A DNA stretch of 64,000 nucleotides from Eledone cirrhosa (lineage: Eukaryota), in assembly GCA_964016885.1 (NCBI GenBank), contig OZ024756.1, forward strand, positions 3,038,001-3,102,000, written 5' to 3'. The translations under genes were made by a program, and so were the position numbers. Shown here piece after piece: positions 52,336 to 64,000 of the stretch. The notes below the pieces were generated by a model that ran no database searches, was not told the DNA's origin, and saw nothing but the letters and a program-made list of their open reading frames with translations. The number at the start of each line of letters is the position of its first letter. Position 1 is the first letter of the stretch.

Positions 52336-52744
52336 TATACATAAAAAAGAGGTAAAGCAATCCATTTTTTATTTGGTTGGACTTTTCTTGTCAATTTACA
52401 TACGATATATATGGCAAAGTGTTGTAAAACAAAAGCGAAATTCGATAGAAGAGAGAAGAAAAAATGTATGGTGGCTGTACTCATTGGCCCCTTAGACGCA
52501 GTGCCGATATTTCAAGGACTTAAAGTTTGGAAATATTAGTACATCTAGTAGTGCTAATGTTAGTACAGCTAGTAGCGTTCTTGTTAGTATATCTAGTGGT
52601 GCTAATGTTAGTATATCTGGTGATAGCAAGACAGGGAATGATTCATCCGGTCTGGTTGAAGCGGTGTTGACGTTGTAGAAATGGAGAGGAATTTCAAATT
52701 AAGTCCCAAGTAAAGAAAGTTCTCTGTCACATATTATATTTATT

Positions 52745-53110
52745 TATTTATATATTTATTTATTTAATCAATTTAAGCGTCTGTGTAGACCTGGTAAGCC
52801 AAGACAAACTGGTAAAGGTACCTAATACTGTTTATAATTAAGAAACGATAACAGAAAAAAGGGGCGAAAAAAAACAAAAAACAAGAGGCAACAGAATAAA
52901 AATAAGTAAAAGGTGAAAATCAAGGACAGTTTTAAATCAGTAAAATATATCTGTTGTTGAATCTTTTTCTAGCTTTCATGTGTTGGAAGATCTTGTTTAT
53001 GGTTGGTTCTTCTCCATATATTACACCGACAATCTTGCTAGGTCTTCGTTTAAAGACCAGCTTGAAAATCTTATCAATTTCAGATTGATAGTTTTTACAT
53101 TGGAAGAAAT
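52745..53110 (-). mobile_element. Possible 3' end of a LINE (CR1/L2/Daphne-like C-terminus)
   Basis: Minus frame YFFQCKNY...IYGEEPTINKIFQHMKARKRF, then a 3' UTR ending (AATA)n. Confidence 0.45.
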
Positions 53111-53144
53111 ACTGTAAAAAGTTACGGCCTAGTATACATTTATT

Positions 53145-54145
53145 TTGGCAGTATCGGTAGAGGGTCGGACGTCTTGCTTTGACGCATAGAGTTACGCCCT
53201 TGCCATTTTCAGTTCAAATCCCGCCGAGGTTAACTTTGCCTTTCATCCTTACGGGGTCGATAAAATAAAGTACCAGTAATGCACTGGGTGATTGTGGATT
53301 AGCAGCAATCGGCAGAGCATCGGACATGATTCTTTGTGACATATTGTTACGGCCCTCTACCTTCTGAGTTCAAATCTCACCAAAGTTAGCTTTGCCTTTT
53401 ATCCTTACAGGGTCGGTAAAATGAAGTACCATTGGTGAATTGGCAGAATCGGTAGAGGGTCGGACATGCTTTCCAGCATAGTTACGTCGCTTTACGGTCT
53501 GAGTTCAAATCCCGTCGAAATAAACTTTACCTTTCTTCCTTACGGGGGTCGATAAAATAAAGTACCAGTAATGCACTGGGTATTTGCTGGCCTTGTGCCA
53601 AAAGTAGAAACAATTATTTGCCATGTATATTCTCTCGAGGTTGAGTTTGTAATATTTAATCTATATTCATATTTGTGGAGTGTTGGACTTACGATCATAA
53701 TGTCGTGGGTTCGATTCCTGGGCTGCGTGTTGTGTTCTTGAGCAAAACACTTCATTTCACGTTGCTCCAGTATACTCAGCTGAAAATGAGTACCAGCAAT
53801 ACCTGGAGGTTTAACCTTGCGATGGACTGGCGTCCTGTCCAGGGGGTAGTCTTGTACTCTCAGTCGCTTCACGCCATGAAACCGGGATCAGCACCGGCCA
53901 AATGAGTCTTCGGGCTTAAGACAGACTTTAGACTTTAGATTCATATTTATATGTGAAATGAGTGTCCTAACACATGTGACTATAATTGTTTCTACTTTTG
54001 GCACAAGGCCAGCAATAACCCAGTACATTACTGGTACTTTATTTTATCGACCCCGTAAGGATGAAAGGCAAAGTTAACCTCGACGGGATTTGAACTCAAA
54101 CCATAAAGGGACGTAACTATGCTAGAAAGCATGGCGCCCAACCGT
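53145..54145. mobile_element. SINE cluster (three + copies 53145-53620, CORE/V-like SINE 53676-53940, - copy 53985-54145)
   Basis: A/B boxes and shared cores as above. Confidence 0.82.
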
Positions 54146-54449
54146 AATAATAGTCGTTTATTCTAGAATATATTTGAGGATATAGACCCTATTATAGGGT
54201 AAACTACTCGTGGAGGTGTTAAAAGGTGGACAGATCTGGTTATCTATTGTCATACGACTGACGTACTGTGTCAGGGAGAAGTCTATTACACAATGTGAGG
54301 TGACAATTACTGTCAATCATTGACACACACACACTGGTACACAGACAGTGGTACACAGACACACTGGAACACATACACACACACTGATACACATACACAC
54401 TGGTACACATACACACACACACACACACACTGGTACACAGTCACACTGG

Positions 54450-54480
<31 letters not shown>

Positions 54481-55289
54481 TGGTACACAGTCACACTGGT
54501 ACACATGCACACACACTGATACACATACGCACTGGTACACATACACACACACGCGCTGGTACACAGACACACTGGTACACATACACACACACTGATACAC
54601 ATACACACTGGTACACATACACACACACACACACACTGGTACACAGATACACTGGTACACATACACACACACTGATACACATACACACTGGTACACATAC
54701 ACACACACTGATACACATACGCATATACACTGGTACGCATACACTTACACATTGACACTGATGTACATACTCTTACACACACACACTTACACACTGACAC
54801 ACATACACTTACACATACAGTAGTACACATACACTTACACAAACACACTGACACCCACACACTTACACACTGACACACAACAACTTACACACTGACACAC
54901 ACACTTACACATACACTTACACACACACACTTACACATACAATGGTACACACACACTTAAACACACACACTGACACACATACGCTGGTACACATACACTT
55001 AAACACATACTCTTACACATACACACTTACACACTGACACACACACGCTTACACATACATTGTTACACATACACTTACACACTGATACACACACACACTT
55101 ACACATACACTGGTAGACATACACTAAAACATACACACACACTGGTACACATACACATACACATACACTTACACACTGACATACACACACACTGACACTG
55201 ATACACACACACATACACTGACTCCTACACTAAAACACACACTGAGATACGCTGACATCTAGTCAGTGGCAACAGTATATAACACAGTA

Positions 55290-58200
55290 ACACACTACCA
55301 TACTACAACACCACCATACTACCACACTACCACACCACCACACTACCACACTACCACACTACCACACTGCCACACAACTACACCACCACACTACCACACT
55401 ACCACACTACCATACTACCACACTGCCACACAACAACACTATCACAATACCACACTATCACACTACCACACTACCACACTATCACACTACCACACTATCA
55501 CACTACCACACTATCACAATACCACACAACTACACCACCACACTACCACACTACCATACTACCACACTATCACACTACCACACTACCACACTATCACACT
55601 ACCACACTATCACACCACCACACTACCACACTATCACACTACCACACTATCACACTACCACACTACCACACTATCACACTACCACACTATCACACTACCA
55701 CACTACCACACTATCACACTACCACACTATCACACCACCATATTACCACACTACCACACTACCACACAACTACACCACCACACTACCACACTACCACACT
55801 ACCACACTACCACACTGCCACACTATCACACTACCACACTATCACACTACCATACTACCACACTACCACACTACCACACTACCACACTACCACACAACTG
55901 CACCACCACACTACCACACTACCACACTACCATACTACCACACTACCACACTACCACACTGCCATACTACCACACTATCACACTACCACACTACCACACT
56001 GCCATACTACCACACTACCACACTACCACACTGTCACACTGCCACACTACCACATTATCACACTACCACACTACCACACTCCCACTCTATCACACTACCA
56101 CACTACCACACTACCACACTACCATACTACCACACTACCACACTATCACACTACCACACTACCACACTATCACACTACCACACTACCACACTGCCATACT
56201 ACCACACTACCACACTACCACACTGTCACACTGCCACACTACCACACTATCACACTACCACACTACCACACTCCCACTCTATCACACTACCACACTACCA
56301 CACTACCACACTACCACACTACCACACTATCACACTACCACACTATCACACTACCACACTACCACACTATCACACTACCACACTATCACACTACCACACT
56401 ACCACACTATCACACTACCACACTATCACACCACCATATTACCACACTACCACACTACCACACAACTACACCACCACACTACCACACTACCACACTACCA
56501 CACTACCACACTACTACTCTACCACACTGCCACACTATCACACTACCACACTATCACACTACCATACTACCACACTACCACACTACCACACTACCACACT
56601 ACCACACAACTACACCACCACACTACCACACTACCACACTGCCATACTACCACACTATCACACTACCACACTACCACACTGCCATACTACCACACTACCA
56701 CACTACCACACTGTCACACTGCCACACTACCACACTATCACACTACCACACTACCACACTCCCACTCTATCACACTACCACACTACCACACTACCACACT
56801 GCCACACTGCCACACTGCCACACTACCACACTACCACACTATCACACTACCACACTATCACACTACCACACTACCACACTATCACACTACCACACTATCA
56901 CACTACCACACTACCACACTATCACACTACCACACTACCACACTGCCATACTACCACACTACCACACTACCACACTGTCACACTGCCACACTACCACACT
57001 ATCACACTACCACACTACCACACTGCCATACTACCACACTACCACACTACCACACTGTCACACTGCCACACTACCACACTATCACACTACCACACTACCA
57101 CACTCCCACTCTATCACACTACCACACTACCACACTACCACACTACCACACTGCCACACTGCCACACTGCCACACTACCACACTACCACACTATCACACT
57201 ACCACACTATCACACTACCACACTACCACACTATCACACTACCACACTATCACACTACCACACTACCACACTACCACACTACCACACTATCACACCACCA
57301 TATTACCACACTACCACACTACCCACAACTACACCACCACACTACCACACTACCACACTACCACACTACCACACTGCCACACTATCACACTACCACACTA
57401 TCACAGTACCATACTACCACACTACCACACTACCACACTACCACACTACCACACAACTACACCACCACACTACCACACTACCACACTACCATACTACCAC
57501 ACTACCACACTGCCATACTACCACACTATCACACTACCACACTACCACACTGCCATACTACCACACTACCTCACTACCACACTGTCACACTACCACACTC
57601 CCACTCTATCACACTACCACACTACCACACTACCACACTACCATACTACCACACTACCACACTATCACACTACCACACTACCACACTATCACACTACCAC
57701 ACTACCACACTGCCATACTACCACACTACCACACTACCACACTGTCACACTGCCACACTACCACACTATCACACTACCACACTACCACACTCCCACTCTA
57801 TCACACTACCACACTACCACACTACCACACTGCCACACTGCCACACTGCCACACTACCACACTACCACACTATCACACTACCACACTCCCACTCTATCAC
57901 ACTACCACACTACCACACTACCACACTGCCACACTACCACACTACCACACTACCACACTACCACACTATCACACTATCACACTACCACACTATCACACTA
58001 TCACACTACCACACTACCACACTATCACACTATCACACTCCCACTCTATCACACTACCACACTACCACACTATCACACTATCACACTCCCACTCTATCAC
58101 ACTACCACACTACCACACTACCACACTACCACACTATCACACTATCACACTCCCACTCTATCACACTACCACACTACCACACTATCACACTCCCACTCTA

Positions 58201-61200
58201 TCACACTACCACACTACCACACTACCACACTATCACACTACCAGACTACCACACTACCACACTACCACACTACCACACTACCACACTCCCACTCTATCAC
58301 ACTACCACACTCCCACTCTATCACACTACCACACTACCACACTACCACACTGCCACACTACCACACTACCACACTACCACACTGCCACACTACCACACTG
58401 CCACACTGCCACACTACCACACTACCACACTATCACACTACCACACTACCACACTACCACACTACCACACTATCACACTACCACACTCCCACTCTATCAC
58501 ACTACCACACTACCACACTACCACACTACCACACTACCACACTACCACACTCCCACTCTATCACACTACCACACTACCACACTACCACACTGCCACACTA
58601 CCACACTCCCACTCTATCACACTACCACACTCCCACTCTATCACACTACCACACTACCACACTACCACACTACCACACTACCACACTACCACACTCCCAC
58701 TCTATCACCCTACCACACTCCCACTCTATCACACTACCACACTACCACACTACCACACTGCCACACTACCACACTACCACACTACCACACTGCCACACTA
58801 CCACACTGCCACACTGCCACACTACCACACTACCACACTATCACACTACCACACTACCACACTACCACACTACCACACTATCACACTACCACACTCCCAC
58901 TCTATCACACTACCACACTACCACACTATCCCACTACCACACTATCACACTATCACACTACCACACTACCACTCTACCACACTACCACACTACCACACTA
59001 TCACACTACCACACTACCACACTACCACACTACCACTCTACCATACTACCACACTACCACACTACCCCACTACCACACTCCCACTCTATCACACTATCAC
59101 ACTACCACACTACCACACTGCCACACTACCACACTACCACACTACCACACTACCACTTTAACATACTACCACACTACCACACTACCACACTACCACACTC
59201 CCACTCTATCACACTATCACACTACCACACTGCCACACTGCCACACTACCACACTACCACACTACCACACTGCCACACTGCCACACTACCACACTACCAC
59301 ACTACCACTCTACCACACTATCACACTACCACACTACCACACTCCCACTCTATCACACTATCACACTACCACACTGCCACACTGCCACACTACCACACTA
59401 CCACACTACCACACTACCACACTACCACACTACCACACTATCACACTATCACAGTACCATACTACCACACTACCACACTACCACACTACCACACTACCAC
59501 ACAACTACACCACCACACTACCACACTACCACACTACCATACTACCACACTACCACACTGCCATACTACCACACTATCACACTACCACACTACCACACTG
59601 CCATACTACCACACTACCTCACTACCACACTGTCACACTACCACACTCCCACTCTATCACACTACCACACTACCACACTACCACACTACCATACTACCAC
59701 ACTACCACACTATCACACTACCACACTACCACACTATCACACTACCACACTACCACACTGCCATACTACCACACTACCACACTACCACACTGTCACACTG
59801 CCACACTACCACACTATCACACTACCACACTACCACACTCCCACTCTATCACACTACCACACTACCACACTACCACACTGCCACACTGCCACACTGCCAC
59901 ACTACCACACTACCACACTATCACACTACCACACTCCCACTCTATCACACTACCACACTACCACACTACCACACTGCCACACTACCACACTACCACACTA
60001 CCACACTACCACACTATCACACTATCACACTACCACACTATCACACTATCACACTACCACACTACCACACTATCACACTATCACACTCCCACTCTATCAC
60101 ACTACCACACTACCACACTATCACACTATCACACTCCCACTCTATCACACTACCACACTACCACACTACCACACTACCACACTATCACACTATCACACTC
60201 CCACTCTATCACACTACCACACTACCACACTATCACACTCCCACTCTATCACACTACCACACTACCACACTACCACACTATCACACTACCAGACTACCAC
60301 ACTACCACACTACCACACTACCACACTACCACACTCCCACTCTATCACACTACCACACTCCCACTCTATCACACTACCACACTACCACACTACCACACTG
60401 CCACACTACCACACTACCACACTACCACACTGCCACACTACCACACTGCCACACTGCCACACTACCACACTACCACACTATCACACTACCACACTACCAC
60501 ACTACCACACTACCACACTATCACACTACCACACTCCCACTCTATCACACTACCACACTACCACACTACCACACTACCACACTACCACACTACCACACTC
60601 CCACTCTATCACACTACCACACTACCACACTACCACACTGCCACACTACCACACTCCCACTCTATCACACTACCACACTCCCACTCTATCACACTACCAC
60701 ACTACCACACTACCACACTACCACACTACCACACTACCACACTCCCACTCTATCACCCTACCACACTCCCACTCTATCACACTACCACACTACCACACTA
60801 CCACACTGCCACACTACCACACTACCACACTACCACACTGCCACACTACCACACTGCCACACTGCCACACTACCACACTACCACACTATCACACTACCAC
60901 ACTACCACACTACCACACTACCACACTATCACACTACCACACTCCCACTCTATCACACTACCACACTACCACACTATCCCACTACCACACTATCACACTA
61001 TCACACTACCACACTACCACTCTACCACACTACCACACTACCACACTATCACACTACCACACTACCACACTACCACACTACCACTCTACCATACTACCAC
61101 ACTACCACACTACCCCACTACCACACTCCCACTCTATCACACTATCACACTACCACACTACCACACTGCCACACTACCACACTACCACACTACCACACTA

Positions 61201-61850
61201 CCACTTTAACATACTACCACACTACCACACTACCACACTACCACACTCCCACTCTATCACACTATCACACTACCACACTGCCACACTGCCACACTACCAC
61301 ACTACCACACTACCACACTGCCACACTGCCACACTACCACACTACCACACTACCACTCTACCACACTATCACACTACCACACTACCACACTCCCACTCTA
61401 TCACACTATCACACTACCACACTGCCACACTGCCACACTACCACACTACCACACTACCACACTACCACACTACCACACTACCACACTATCACACTGCCAC
61501 TCTACCACACTACCACACTACCATACTACCACACTACCACACTACCACACTACCCCACTACCACACCACCACACCACCACACTACCACACTACCACCACA
61601 CTACCACACTACCACACTACCATACTACCACACCACCACATTACCACCACACCACCACACCACCACACTACCACACTACCACACTACCATACTACCATAC
61701 TACCACCCATACAGTAACAACCGGTCAATGACACCAATATATATAACACACTACCACACTACCACACTACCACACCACCACATGACCACCACACCACCAC
61801 ACTACCACCACACCACCACACTACCACACTACCATACTACCATACTACCA
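55290..61850. repeat. ~6.5-kb (ACCACACT)n 8-bp satellite
   Basis: Octamer repeats with variants ATCACACT, GCCACACT, CCCACTCT; gives the spurious 2198-aa TTTLPHYH ORF. Confidence 0.97.
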
Positions 61851-62029
61851 CCCATACAGTAACAACCAGTCAATGACACCAATATATATAACACACTAAG
61901 TTAGACTAAACAGATCAGAAAAAAACAACTCTATTAATTCTGTTTACAACAGAAAAATATATTTTGTTTAAATGAAAGAAATATTTCGACATGAATCTCT
62001 TTTTTTTTCACTATTCTAACCCCAATAAG

Positions 62030-62850
62030 TGTTTCTACTATTGACACAAGGCCAGCAATTGCCCAGTACATTACTGGTACTTTATTTCATCGACTCCCGT
62101 AAGGATGAAAGTCAAAGTTAATCTTTGCGGGATTTGAACTGAGATCATAAAGGGCCACAACTCTATGCTGCAAATCATGTGCAACCCTCTACTCATACTG
62201 CCAATTCACCAATGTTTTCTACTTGAGACACAAGGCCAGCAATTGCCCAGTACATTACTGGTACTTTATTTCATCGACCCCGTAAGGATTAAAGACAAAG
62301 CTAACCTCGGCGGTATTTGAATTCAGAACGTAAAGGATCGTAACTCTATGCCGCAAAGCATGTTGTTCGACGCTCTACCGATAATCTATAACTGTAATAT
62401 TGGCGGTGGATTTGTAGAGCGTCGAACAACATTCTTTACAGCATAGAGTTACTACCCTTTATGTTCTGAGTGCAAATCCCGCCGAGGTTAACTTTGTCTT
62501 TCATCCTTACGGGATCGATAAAATATAGTACCAGTAATGCACTGGGGGCTCGATTTAATCCACTTTCCCCACCCCTACGAAAATTGTTGGCCTTGTGCGT
62601 AAATCAGAAACCCTTATTATAACTATGATTAGGGTGGTGGATTAGCAGTATCGGCAGAGCATCGGACAACATGCTTTGTGGCGTAGAGTTATGGCCCTTT
62701 ACGTTCTGAGTTCGAATCTCACCGAGATTAGCTTTGTCTTTCATCCTTAAAGTGTCAATAAAATAAAGTACCAGTCACACACAGGGGTCGATTTAATCGA
62801 CTTTCTCCACTCCCCAAAATTACTGGCCTTGTGCCAAATGTAGAAATAAT
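62030..62850. mobile_element. SINE cluster (two - copies, then two + copies)
   Basis: Same tRNA-SINE core. Confidence 0.82.
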
Positions 62851-63097
62851 AATTATTGTCAACTTTATCATCCTCATAACACTATTGCTGTTGTTGGTGT
62901 TGTTATTGTTTTCTTGCTGTTGTTAGTGTTGTTGTATTTGTTGCTGTCGCTGTTGTTGTTGTACGTTGCCCGGGAAGGTGAAGATCATAAGCTGTTGAAG
63001 TATTGGTGATTCTGCATTAGGTTTGTTGTTGAACCTGTTGCGGTGAAGACTTCTGGTGTACTTCACTTCCGTACCACCTTTCTACTCATTCCTATCA

Positions 63098-64000
63098 GGT
63101 AGAGTTGGTCTCAGCTGGGACCACAAGGGGACTTCTGTCTGGGGTCTTCCGTATCCGGTAGAGTTGGTCTCAGCTGGGACCACAAGGGGACTTCTGTCTG
63201 GGGTCTTCCGTATCCGGTAGAGTTGGTCTCGGCTGGTACCACAAGGGGACTTCTGTCTGGGGTCTTCCGTATCCGGTAGAGTTGGCTATCAGCTGGGACC
63301 ACAAGGGGACTTCTGTCTGGGGTCTTCCGTATCCGGTAGAGTTGGTCTCAGCTAGGACCACAAGGGGACTTCTGTCTGGGGTCTTCCGTATCCGGTAGAG
63401 TTGGTCTCAGCTGGGACCACAAGGGGACTTCTGTCTGGGGTCTTCCGTATCCGGTAGAGTTGGTCTCAGCTGGGACCACAAGGGGACTTCTGTCTGGGGT
63501 CTTCCGTATCCGGTAGAGTTGGTCTCAGCTGGGACCACAAGGGGACTTCTGTCTGGGGTCTTCCGTATCCGGTAGAGTTGGTCTCAGCTGGTACCACAAG
63601 GGGACTTCTGTCTGGGGTCTTCCGTATCCGGTAGAGTTGGTCTCAGCTGGGACCACAAGGGGACTTCTGTCTGGGGTCTTCCGTATCCGGTAGAGTTGGT
63701 CTCAGCTGGGACCACAAGGGGACTTCTGTCTGGGGTCTTCCGTATCCGGTAGAGTTGGTCTCAGCTGGGACCACAAGGGGACTTCTGTCTGGGGTCTTCC
63801 GTATCCGGTAGAGTTGGTCTCAGCTGGGACCACAAGGGGACTTCTGTCTGGGGTCTTCCGTATCCGGTAGAGTTGGTCTCAGCTGGGACCACAAGGGGAC
63901 TTCTGTCTGGGGTCTTCCGTATCCGGTAGAGTTGGTCTCGGCTGGTACCACAAGGGGACTTCTGTCTGGGGTCTTCCGTATCCGGTAGAGTTGGTCTCAG
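63098..64000. repeat. 59-bp minisatellite, at least 15 copies, runs off the window
   Basis: Unit GGTAGAGTTGGTCTCAGCTGGGACCACAAGGGGACTTCTGTCTGGGGTCTTCCGTATCC. Confidence 0.97.

Noticed and set aside
55266-61862. 2198-aa His/Thr-rich ORF
   Set aside because: Simply translation of an 8-bp satellite lacking stops; no codon-position bias or unique domain.
62960-63085. Possible minus-strand exon (KYTRSLHRNRFNNKPNAESPILQQLMIFTFPGN)
   Set aside because: No good splice acceptor and no recognisable homology.
63098-64000. CRISPR-like appearance of the 59-bp array (also the 85- and 96-bp arrays)
   Set aside because: No unique spacers, no cas genes, eukaryotic context; no HHR core seen in these units.

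Overview
Repeat-saturated animal DNA with no confidently identifiable host gene. The SINE sequences resemble, from recall only, those of Octopus/cephalopods. Nearly all ORFs in the track are microsatellite or minisatellite read-through. The real coding remnants are decayed non-LTR retrotransposons: an RTE 3' part, a CRE-like C-terminus, a 5'-truncated CR1/L2-group RT, and a near full-length frameshifted R4/Dong-type element with two 3' fragments, all in (TACA)n. The window also holds many tRNA-derived SINEs, mariner and hAT MITEs, a Helitron/HINE-like element, and tandem arrays of 8, 21, 59, 85, 96 and ~146 bp. The main signal is a dense population of non-coding hammerhead ribozyme (HHR) retroelements inserted in (TA)n: about 26 type I HHR motifs in about 8 sequence families. 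These include two homologous retrozyme-like tandem arrays (469-bp and ~478-bp units, one HHR per unit, with an octamer/TATA-like cassette upstream) and two unrelated families with a compensated U3-A8 core. Across many unrelated families, each insertion is a back-to-back inverted pair with two fixed, different 3' ends running outward into (TA)n, as expected for Penelope-like mobilisation. All ribozyme calls are by-eye folds, not tested.
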